Shown in pieces: positions 27,282 through 38,311 of a DNA stretch of 64,000 nt. Numbering within the stretch: position 1 is the stretch's first letter; the number at the start of each line of letters is the position of its first letter. Where the stretch lies: NCBI RefSeq assembly GCF_018350175.1, contig NC_058383.1, positions 9,240,001 through 9,304,000 on the forward strand, read 5' to 3'. Both the position numbers and the translations under genes were made by a program. Origin of the DNA: Felis catus (lineage: Eukaryota). Below the pieces are notes generated by a model that saw only the letters and a list, made by a program, of their open reading frames with translations, searched no databases and was not told the DNA's origin.

Positions 27282-28806
27282 CTTACAGATCTGATGTCAG
27301 TGCCACTTAGTTTTATTTAATGAGTGTAATTTGCCTTTGAAGGTTTGCTTGGACGGGGGCGGGGGGGGGGGGGGGGCTTTGTCCCCCTGTTGGCTCAAAG
27401 AATGAAGTTGGACTGGGGGCAAGGGACAAGACTATCGGAAAGCGCCTCTAGCTAGGAGTCAGACCGGGTTTGCTGACCTTGAAAAACCATAGCACCTTTG
27501 GAGCGTCCGTTGTTTCTCTTACAAGAACGAGCACGTTCAAGTAGATCTCTAAAGGTCCTTCTGGGGGTATCATTTGGGAGAAGCACAGACCTGAGTTTGA
27601 ATCTGGCTCCCTTCTGGGCCTCGGGCAAATCACAGAACTTCTGAGCTTTGGGGGTGGGGGGTGGGGTGTGGGTGTGAATGAAAACTGGGTCACGTGCCTG
27701 GTTTGGTAACTCCATTAGTCTCCCAGTATTGTTGGAGATGTCATGAAGTCTTAGATGAGGTGGTTCTTTGCACTTAAAGGTGTTGGTAAGTAAAACTGTC
27801 TTGTGGTTTTAGCCCCTCTGAGGTGGCCAGCAGCCTTAGTTGTTGTGGGCTGAGCTCTCAGTAGCCCACTGTTGGCTGATGGCAGCTGTCAGAGTGTGGC
27901 CACCGTGAGAATTGCATCCCTGGGTATGTGGGGTGTTTCCTGCCTTGATCACTGTGGGGAGGGATATTTGTCTGTAGGAAGGAAGAATGCCAGGACAAAG
28001 GCTTTCCTCGTCAGGTTGGGTTTGCTCCAGGAAAGAGGTGGAGGGTTGTGGGTTTTTTGTTGTTGTTGTTTTAACTTTTTGAGTAATCAGAATTCACATT
28101 TTAGGAATAACAATTTGTGTGACCGAGTTTTTGCCACGTGCTGGATGAATTCACCCATGTTGGCTCGTTTGTCACTCAGAACCACCCTGAGAGTGCCCCT
28201 GCAGGCATAGCTGTGGAAATAGAAGTGGCTGCCGTGCCCAAGTTCCCAAGATGTCACAGCCCCAGTCCTGGGCCCTCCTGAACTTGGCCTACAAACACCA
28301 GGCTGCTTTTGTTCAGCCAGGAAGACTAAGAAACTGAGCGTCAGCCAGCATCAGCACATGGTGATTGAGCTCTTTCAGTGTAGGAGATATTGAGGGTATA
28401 GACCATCGGACGACATTTTGCCAATAGGACAGCAGAGGTGTGGGCATCATCACAGCAGTCAAACTGGGTTAAGTAAAGTAACGGGCTCACCAAGGCTCAT
28501 CAGAAAGAAGGGTTAGCTCCTGGAAGGTGCTGCCATTATACTCCTATTTCTTCCGTGTAACTTCCCATTATGAGTGCCTGGAATTTGCTCAGAGTACTTG
28601 GACGAACACTTAAATTTCTCTTGAGCTAGGACGCTGTCTGTTGCTGCATTTCTATCCAGTTTCGAAGAATATCAAAAACCAGATATTAAAAATAACTCAT
28701 TTGTTTAATAAAAACCCATGACATGTTAAGTAATAACTTCAAGAACAGTAATTGTGTGCCCCGCTTCCCCCCCCCGCCCCCCCGCCAAAAAAAAGAGCAT
28801 TGTTGG

Positions 28807-29037
28807 TTTTTTTTTTTTTAATTTTTTATTTTTTTAACGTTTTTTATTTTTGAGAGAGAGAGAGAGACAAAGCATGAACGGGTGAGGGTCAGAGAGAGGG
28901 AGACACAGAATCCAAAACAGGCTCCAGGCTCTGAGCTGTCAGCACAGAGCCCGACGCGGGGCTCGAACTCACGGACCGCGAGATCATGACCCGAGCCGAA
29001 GTCGGCCGCTTAACCGACTGAGCCACCCAGGCGCCCC
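28807..29037 (-). mobile_element. Young feline-type Can-SINE with target site duplication
   Basis: CpGs intact; flanked on both sides by aaaagagcattgtt. Confidence 0.95.
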
Positions 29038-30504
29038 AAAAGAGCATTGTTTTTACAGTTTTCCTGTAGTAGAGGTCAGCTGGACTCTCTATACCTGCTC
29101 CTGCACTCGATCTGTTGTGATGTTTTTTTGAGCTGAAGTATTTGGAAAGGGAAAAAAAAAAAGGAGAAGTAGTTGGAAATGGATGGCCTTAAGGAGGTCA
29201 GGAACTGAAGGATGCCCCATGTTAGGCACCAATGATCGAGTCCTCTTCCTCAGTGCACTCCAGAGTGTTAAAAATAACATTGTGTGAAGCAATTAAATAA
29301 TGGTGATGGGTAGGGGTAGGAGAGCAATTAGGAAGAGTGGATCCACTCTCCTTGGGGCGTCCCTGTAAAGCAGAATTCTCCATTCCAAGGCTGGGGCGGA
29401 AGGGCTGTCAAACGAGATTTAGTGGCAGGGCACTTGAGTGTAGCAAGCGAGTTGCTGTTCGGTGCCAGTGCAGTTTTCCCGCACTCTATTTATGTGTAAT
29501 TACCACACGCGTTGGCCTCTGCGCTGGTCAGCTGAGACTGCGTGTTGACTAACGCTGGCTGATCGGAGTGGCTGAGAGTGGCGGTCCCCTCCCGGGTGTA
29601 CAGTTCTCCAAGCATGGAAAAACAGCCTGCCGAAAACTAGCTGGGTAACACTTGTCTAATTCTCGGAGTTGACAGTAAGCGGTAACCCAGCCTAATCAGA
29701 ACATTACAGTGTGGTATACCAGCTTGCTCATTAGTCTGCTGGTTTGAATTTTACAGTTCTGGTATGGATTGGGATAAATGGTCGAATGGGAACGGCCACA
29801 AACCCTGCCTCTAATGAACCAGATATCTGTGGTCCGTGAGAGAGAGGGTGGGGGAAAGAGTGGCTGGGTCAAGGTGACAAGAGCCTTCAGTACCAGGTCA
29901 AGTTTGTTGGTATCTTGTGTTTGTACTTCATCCACACCTGGCAAGACAAACAGATCAGGATTTCCCACTTTAAGTAGTACTCTGAGGTGGCATTCAATTA
30001 TCCACCTGCAGGAGAGGAAAGTCAGGAATTTGGGGAACATTAGCTGGTTTGGGGGGTTTTATATCAGTAGGTAGTGCAGGCACATGAAAGTACACCAGGG
30101 TGTAGTCTAAAACAGGCTTTTGTATTGTCTTTGAGCTAAGACTGGTTTTTCATTTTAAAAGGTTGTAAAAAAAGTGCAAAGGAACAGTATATTGCCCACG
30201 AAACTTAAAATGTTTACCATCTGGCCAGCAGTTGGGTGACCCCTAGTTTATCAATAACTCACTCTCCCACACCCTTTTCCCAGCCGTCCGTTTCCTCCTC
30301 TTAGAGGTAAACCCCTGTTCTCTATTCTTACCTGGCTCAGTTTGAGACAGTAGAGTTGACTCTGGCTTTGAGATGGAAGGATTTCTGCTTCCGAGCAGTG
30401 ACTATTGGTCCAAAGAAGGTTTTGCCTTGTGATTTTAAATATGGTTAATTGAAATTTGGTGATCTCAGTGAGTACTTCTTACTTGGATACTTTAACCGTG
30501 TTTA

Positions 30505-30690
30505 GGGGCACCTGAGTGGCTCAGTCGGTTAAGCATCCAACTCTTGATTTCGGCTGGGTCCTGATCACAGGGTTTGTGAGTTTGAGCCCCACGTCAGGCT
30601 CCGCACTAATAGCATGGGGCCTGCCTGGGATTCTCTCCCTCTCTGCCCCTCCTCTGATCATGCCCTCTCTCATTCTCTCCCCAAACAAGT
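30505..30690 (+). mobile_element. Can-SINE
   Basis: ggggcacctgagtggctcagtcggttaag head. Confidence 0.87.
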
Positions 30691-32149
30691 AAGTTTGGGG
30701 GGGGGGGATTACTCTAAAGATATAACTCCATTTAAATGGAGGTGGTGTTGGGTGGGGCACTGAACCTCCAGCATTTTGAGAAATTTCAGACAAAAAAGAA
30801 AAGAATGAAAAGAATGGTATAACCGAATACCCACTGCTTAGTACGGTAGTTAGCATTTTGTCATCTTTGCTTTATATTTCTCTGTATCTTGTGGAACTTT
30901 GAGAGTAATGACATTTACTCCCTATATTCATATTTCTCTCAAATATCAAGACATGCTCTCACATGACTACCCCCATTGTCATCACACCTAAGGAAATCAA
31001 TAATTGCTAATGTCACCCCATATTCAGGTTTCCTTAAGTTATCCCCACAATGCCTTCCCCACCACCAGCTCGGATCTAATTAATTCATTAACTGGATTTC
31101 ATTATTAGGTTTCTTTAGCCTCTATTCCTTCTACCTCTTTTAGGATAATGACTTTTTCAAGAAACCAGGCATCTTCACAAGATGGGTCTTTTTTAGGAAT
31201 TTCATTTAAGTAATCTCTACACCCAAAGTGGGATTTCAACTTACCACTCCCAACATCGGAGCCAGTCAGGTGCCCCTCAAGAGATGGTCTTATGGAATGT
31301 CCCACATTGCAGGTTTGTCCAGTTTCCTCCTGTGTCCTTTAACTTGTTCCCAGCCCTGTGTGGGCACTTGCCTTGCACAAGGGTTTTGCTTTGCCCCTCT
31401 GTCCAGTCTTCAATGGTTCACGTGAAATTAAATGGGAGCCTCATAGTGCTCTACTGAGAATCAGGTGATCTTAAGCAGTAGCCAGCACCAGGGCCTGTCC
31501 CCTGAGCCTACTGGACAGGCTAGAGGGAGTGCCTGCTGCCCAAGGGAACCTGAGTCTTCTAGGCTAGGATGTTTTGCCTCCTTTCAGCCCTCTCGTCTCC
31601 CCCAGATGGAGAAAGTCTTATGTAGGCACCCAGTCTCACTTTGACTTCGCAAGCCAGCACACGTGCACCCCACAGGGTGAGTCCTGGCGGTCTGCAGTTC
31701 TCCCCCTCTGCCTGGGGAAGGTGGCAAAACAGTGTCGCCCACCATGTTCCCAGGAGTTCTCAGGAACAGGCAGGCATGTCTGAGAGGCTGTCTTCATAAC
31801 GAATGTACATTAGGAGAATAAATCTAGACTCGTTTTAAACCAACCTTGGTATAAACTGGTTCTTCCCACAATGATGGACAAGTTCCCCTACTTACTGACT
31901 CTTAGGGACCAGGAAGAGACCTCAAACCCTTCCTTCTACCTCTTAGGCGCTAAGCCCAGATTTTAGGGATGGGGTTTTGATAGCTGGTGGGTTCCTTAAA
32001 GCCTAGTGGGATTCTGGGTTCCATAAGGTTATCAAAGCATATTGCCTTCCAAAAGTCCTTGCCTCCCCAAATATGGAAGTATAAGGTCATCATGGTTTAC
32101 AGGGTTTTTGCCTTCTCCATTTGCAAACTGCTTAGTCTTAAAAACAGTC

Positions 32150-32262
32150 TAATTTTTAGGCTTTGCACCCAGTGTGGGACTTGAACTCAGAATCCTGAGG
32201 TCAAGACCTGTGCTGAGATCAAGAGTTGGACGCTTAAACCGACTGAACCACCCAGGTGCCCC
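32150..32262 (-). mobile_element. Short Can-SINE
   Basis: gagatcaagagttggacgcttaaaccgactgaaccacccaggtgcccc. Confidence 0.82.
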
Positions 32263-32649
32263 TGAAAACATTTCTTTTGGGGAATATTGTGGTCCCTCAG
32301 TGATGAGTTCCAAGAGGCAGGGCATTGGATTGTAGGCAGACTGAGAGTGAAACCTATTCTCTTGCCCTAAATTTGAAGATCGCATTGAAAAAAGAGACGA
32401 GAGATGTAGGAAATAATGGCTGGGTAGCCGGGTATAAAGGACGAGCAGCTTTTATGGCTGACTCATTTGGGGGCGAGTCCCTTCCCATGCAGTCTCCCTA
32501 AATTCTGTCCAGATCTCCAACATCAAACCATCTACTACATCCCACTGCTGGGCAAAAGCAAAAGGAGCAATAATAATTGCTCCCCCAAGTATTCTTTAGC
32601 CTGGTGGGGACAGGGCCAAAATAAGCCCGCATAGCAGAAGTAAAACAAA

Positions 32650-34300
32650 ACAAAAAAACAACCTTGGCCCATCCCTCACGGCTTCCCCCCAGAATTGACC
32701 AGCGACGAGTGGTCAGGCCGCTCTTGCACCATTACTTTGGGGTGCTGAATGGTTTGCTGGGTCCGAGACTCGGGGCGCGAGCGGCAGCGGGTTGGGGGGC
32801 GGTGGTTCGGCATCCACCTGGGCCCGGCCCCGCCTAAGCGCTGTCCCCAACTGGGCCCCGCCCGGCTCTGCAGCAGGTCCGCGTCTACGGAGCCCCACCC
32901 TCCCCGGGATTCCGCCAGGATCCCCCCAGGTTCTGCTTCTTGCAAGCCTCTGCGACACCGAGGCTGGACCCAGACCTCTGGGCCGCCTCGGCGCCAACCC
33001 ACGTAGGAGCTCCATCCTCCGGCTTCTCGGGTCGCCTCCCATCCCAGACACCCGGGCCCGCCAGGCCTCAGTTCTGCGCGGGCACACGGGCGAGGCCACG
33101 TGAGTAAGCCGCACAGCCCCGCGCGCTCCCCGCAGGTGCTCGCCCCCACCACGGTCCCGCCGCGGGACTAAACGAGCCCGCGCGCGCTGTCAAGAACTGT
33201 GGTGGGGAGAGGGACGGCGTCTGACCAGCAGGAATCGCGAAGGTTCCAGGACCAGCCAGATACCCGGATGTGAGCTGGGCGGGACACGGCCCGCCTTCCA
33301 ATCTCCGGCAGTGGCGAAAGCCAATCACGGGCCGGTCTGTCCCGGTCCTCCAATGGTCGGCCTGTTGCTAGCCCCGCTCCCCGATCTGCCCCCGCAGCTG
33401 CCCAGGTCCGATTCGCTCCCGACCCGGCGCCCCTCCCACTCGGTCCTCCCTCTTCCGCCCTCTCCCAGCCCGCCTCCAGTCTCCTCGTGCGCGGTTGTCA
33501 CCCAGAGAGCAGCCGGGCCTGGGCTGTGCGGGGCGTTCTGAGGCCGTGTAGGCGATTGGCCACGTCTCCGGGCCCTGTCCATTGCCGCGGTCGGCGGAGG
33601 GAGCGCGTTGGAGGGGACAGGGCCTCAGGCGTCAGCTTTCCCCCTGACCCCGTGCCTGCCCCTCAGTTTGTGAACGGCCGGCACGACCGCAGATGCCCTG
33701 TGCGGGTTTGCGGTGCTGTCTTACCTCCGCAGCCGTCATCCGGCGCCGGCCCCAGCGGGCACGTTTCCCGCAGATTGCGGAGGAGGAAGCCGGGCTCGGC
33801 ACAGCCTGCTCGACCCGCACAGCTGAAGAGGGCTCATGGCTGGTGGCGACTTGGGTCTGGCACATGCTGGCCCCGTGGCCCCGTAACCTGGCGTCCGGAT
33901 GCAACGAAGCCCCCCCCCCCCCCCCCCCCCCGCCTGTGTTTGGCGTTCAAGGCTTCTCCGGCCTCACCTGCCGCCCGCCTCACGACACAGCCTCGTCCTC
34001 CTTCGGCCAGTGCTTGTTCCACCCCTGAAAAAGCCCTTTCTTTCCCGACGCCTTTGAAGAGAGACTCCCAACTTGGAACTGCGTGGTGGCCGCCCAGGGC
34101 CAGCCCCAGAATCGGACGTTGGAAAGGAGGGCACGCACCCAATCTCCGCCCCAAACATCTCCCCAAGCAAAGAGCCAATTCAGCCTGAGGGTCCGGGAGG
34201 GGAGACGGCTGGGTCAGCTTCAGCGTGGCTGGCTACGGTTCGCGAAGGTGAAATTTCTGTCGCTCAGCCATGTCTGTCGTGTTCCAAACGGAAGGGCTGT
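32650..34300. promoter_or_regulatory. Intergenic CpG island with CCAAT boxes and an E-box
   Basis: Dense CpG and high GC. CCAAT at 33298, 33321 (AGCCAATCA) and 33350, ATTGG at 33555, CACGTG at 33097-33102. Confidence 0.75.
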
Positions 34301-36259
34301 GTCAGTGGCACAAAGCTTAGGAGGCCGGGCTTTGAATGCCCACCCTACCCCGTCCTAGCTGTGTAGGTGTAATCTCTCAAGTCCCTTAGCCTTTCAGGCC
34401 GACTGTTTCCCCGATCTGTAAAATGGGACTAGTACAGTCTACCTCCTAAAAATGCCTAGTGTGGCTGGGTGTCCAAGACTTGTATTTGTCCGTGTAGTCG
34501 GCTTCACTCTGCAGAGGAAGAAACCAAGACTTGGTAACTTGCCCGAGTTCCCACAGTTAGTATGTGGGCCCAATGAGGGCTTGACCCAGGCAGTTTTGAC
34601 ACAAGAGGCAGAAGTCGTAACCACAATCCTCTGCTGCCTCTCAGTGGCCTAGGGTTGCTCCCAGGATTTCGTAAACTAAGCGGTGATTGACAGCTAGCAG
34701 GTGCCCAGTGCTTGCCAATTGTGATAAGAGAAATGGTGGCAAGTATCTATGCAGCAGGGCAGAGAAGGGGCCTCCAGGCCTTGGCTGCCAGACCCTGCAA
34801 AGGCAGAGAAAGGGGTGGCTGGGGGTGAGCTGGGTCCTCCAGACCCGAGCTTCTAGGAGGCTTGAGGGCTCCCAGAGACTGAGGCCCAGAGCACAGAACA
34901 GGGCCAAAGGTACGGAAGGCGCGGAGCTGAGGGTGCCCGGCCCCTGCCCCATTTCTGCTCTGGGCCTGGCAAGACCTAGAACGAGGGCAGAGACTCCTGA
35001 CGGTTCTGGGGTAGGCCGTGTTGGCTCTCTGGGAGAGCACCAGGGGGCAGTCCTTGACTGTCCTCTTTGGGCCTGGAGGAGGGGAGGGTGAGGACGCCCA
35101 GCCCCAGAAGGTCCGGCAGGGGGCAGTCAGAGCCTGCCTTGCTTGGCACTTGGCTCGGTCCCCCCTCCCAGGTGGGGCCTAGACTGGGCTTCCTTTCTGG
35201 AATTGGCCAGTACCACCAGCCCAAGGCCCCAGCTGGCAGGGCCTGCAGCATGCTTGGTGGGGATTGGTTTCTCCTCCTCCACAACCTCTCTTCTACCCAG
35301 GAGGCTCCAGGACCCCTGCTGAAAGATTGGCCTGTGGGGCCACTCCTAGGGTTCAAGGCTTCCAGGCTGCTCAGGCCTAGAGAAGGGGGTTTTCAGCAGG
35401 CCCATTGAGGGGATTGTAAAAAAGGTAGCTTACCCACCAGGGCTCAGAGAGAGATGGGGGTGGAGTTCAGATGGGGAGGGGCTCAGAATGGAAGGGGGCA
35501 TGATGAAGTGAGAAAGTACAGCGATGGAAGGTGGGGGTTCAGTGAAAATGGAAGAACTCTGAGAAAAGGGGGGGGAGGTTTGGAGAAGGGGTTTGGGGGT
35601 GGGGAGGGATGCAGTGAGGGGTGGGTCTGAATAAGGGGGGTACAGTGAGAGAGACAGGGAAGGGCAGCAGAAGGTCAGAAGGGTCTGGGAGAGGGTGGGA
35701 GAATTCAGAGAGAGAGGGGGCTTAGGGGAGAGGGCTCACTGACCTCTCTGGTCATTCATTCACCTAAGTAAGTCCTCAATGTCCCTGTCCCATTGCCAGC
35801 CTGAATGAACACTCAGACTCAGCCATCCTGGAGGGACTTTCAGAAAACCTTTCAACCTATCTTGTGGAGGGGAAGGATGTGAGAAGGGAAGGGTTAGCCG
35901 GACCTGCCCTGGAGTCAGGGCCAAGACTGAAGGAAGGCCTTCCTTCCCCATGCCAGGCCTTGGTCCTGCAGAGAGCTGTCCTTATATCCTTGGGTGCCCC
36001 TGGGACTTTGGCCTTCCTACCATTGTTAGGAGACCCTGGGCGGCTGCCAATCTTCACGATTCTCCCTTGATGCCCGTTCTGCATAGGGCTGACAACACTG
36101 ACAACCCAAGGCGGGAGGGGCCTCAGAGGTCACCCAGACTCTCAAAATGGAAACTGAGCCCAGAGCAGGGTGGGCCCCAGACCATATCTCCAACAGGGAC
36201 GGAGCTGGCCTCAGCCCAGTGCTTTTTCCTGAACACAACTGCTTATGCCACCTCGATCC

Positions 36260-36371
36260 ATTTTGTTTTTAAGTTTTATTTATTTAATCTCTACACCCAA
36301 CTCGGGGCTCAAACTCACGGCCCCGAGATCAAGAGTCGCATGTTCCCTGGACTGAGCCAGCCAGGCGCCCC
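36260..36371 (-). mobile_element. Short Can-SINE
   Basis: aatctctacacccaactcggggctcaaactc...gccagccaggcgcccc. Confidence 0.87.
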
Positions 36372-38081
36372 TCAATCCATTCTTTAATCCAAGCCTTCCT
36401 AGTAAGTTCTGCCCTGTTTGGCCCAGGGGAAGGGGCGGGGGTAGACTTTCTTCCTCTGAGGCAGCCCCCTGGACCATTGGTGCCACATCTTGATCCAATT
36501 ACTGCCACCATAGTCCGGACAGGGTGGTTATACCAGGCTGGTAGGTGTGCAAGGCTGGAAAGAAGGGTGGCAGGGGCCATTATGCTACAGAGACTCCTCC
36601 CAGGGCTGGTGGGTTTCCCCAGGGTCCCCAGACGTGACCTTTTCTCTCTGGGTGTTGGGAGCCCTGGCTGGGCACTTGACTTTCCTTTGCCCTCAGTCTG
36701 CCCCTCGGAAGAGAAGGAGGTGGCTGGCTGGCCAGGGCTCTTCTGCCCTCCATGCTCCTACATGAAACCATCCAGCGGTTCTGTTACTGTTCTGAAGCTG
36801 TCCCTTCTTCACCAAGCCTGGGATTCCTGGCATTTTTCACGCTGCCAGCTCTCCCAGCACAAGGAATGGTTGGCAGAACTGTCTCGTGAGAAGCCCATGA
36901 GAACATGGCTCATCCTTGGGATACAGAGTGAGATGCACGCAGTGAAATCCAAAGTCACCTGGCCAGGTGGAAGAAGGGAGGACCCAGAGCCCTTAGCTAA
37001 GAGGGTTGTGCTGGGGATGGAGATATTTCCTGCTCACGTGTGGGTCTCCCCCCGTGCAACCCTGTGCCCCTCAGGACTGGCACACAGGGGCATTGTCTGG
37101 TGGACAGACAGTACATATTTTGGGGTGGGGGGCCACTTTCCTGGGAGGGCAGCATGGGAGGGGGAGTGGGGCTTAGCCCCCATTTCACTGGGTCTGAGCT
37201 GCCAGGCCCAGTGCCAGATTCTGGCTAAGACCAGCCTAGGCTTGCCCTCACCTATGCAGCTTCCTCCCTGCTTTGGTCCTGAGCTGGCAGCTCACTGCTG
37301 CTGTGCAAGTCTGGGCCAGAGGCCAAGCCCTGAGCTCCGGAGCTGTCTCAGATCCCCAGGTCCCACCAATTGCATGGGGTGGTGGGGCAGGGTAGGGAGG
37401 TGTAGGGGAGTCCAAGGTAAAGTGAGCCGATAGGACCCTGACCAGCCTGAGCCCTGCCCTGTCTTAGGCTCTGCCAGGAGACTTTGGGTGGCTGCCAACA
37501 GACCAGGGGGTCCGGGGTCTCTATCAACCATGGGCCAGGCTCTGGTCCTGCCTTCTCCTTTCTCTGCCTGGTTGCCCCTTCCCCATCACACAAGGTGCCC
37601 TGACCATGCCCTTTGGACCCAGCACTAGGGTCCTCTGCAGCCATTCTTCGGGCTTTTGCTTCCCACCCCAACCTCTCCATGGAGAAGTCTGTGCCTGGCA
37701 AACCCTGAGTCGATTTTGTAGCAAGGAAGATGATGCTATCTGGAAACAATTCATTCCCCAGCAGCAGAGGTCTGGGGGTCTGCCTGGACTTACGGAAACT
37801 GGGATCAGCAACCTGGGCGGGAAGCCACAAGAGTCAATGGCTCAGAGCCTCAGCGGATCCCTTTCTTCCCTGCCCCCCACATCCCCACACTGCGGTCTGT
37901 TACCCCACACCACGGAGCCTACTGCTGCCACATCCTGACATCTGTCCTCCTTTCCCTCTCCCCCTGGCGGGACCCATGCCCACTACACCTCAGCAGCACA
38001 CTGTCCCCTGCCTTTTGACTGGTTCCTGCCAGCCACTCTCCTCTAAGATCTGGACCCTTTTTCCTAAAGCAGGAATGCTTA

Positions 38082-38241
38082 GGGAACGCCTGGGTGGCTC
38101 AGTCTGTTAAGCATCTGACTCTCGATCTCGGCTCTGATCATGATCTCAGTTTGTGAGATCAAACCCCATGTCCACCTCTGTGCTGACAGCACGGAACCTG
38201 CTTGGGATTCTCTCTCTCTCTTCTTCTGCCCCCACCCTGCT

Positions 38242-38285
<44 letters not shown>

Positions 38286-38311
38286 ATAAATAAAATAAAC
38301 TTTAAATAAAT
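38082..38311 (+). mobile_element. Can-SINE with (CT)n and target site duplication
   Basis: Flanked by aaagcaggaatgctta / aaagcaggatgctta. Confidence 0.92.

Larger units (their letters stand above)
24468..27295 (+). other. YWHAG: YWHAG 3' UTR (about 2.8 kb, end approximate)
   Basis: Repeat-free AU-rich sequence from the stop codon to AATAAA at 27276-27281, followed by U/GU-rich downstream sequence. Confidence 0.8.

Noticed and set aside
33555..33564. ERSE-II element
   Set aside because: The sequence is ATTGGCCACG, lacking the single spacer base of ATTGG-N-CCACG.
33487..34188. 233-aa ORF in the orphan CpG island
   Set aside because: GTG start, Arg/Pro-rich and runs through a C homopolymer; expected by chance at this GC content.
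36477..37433. 318-aa plus-strand ORF
   Set aside because: Non-ATG start, no domain, composition typical of GC-rich non-coding DNA; PhyloCSF or ribosome profiling would be needed to rescue it.
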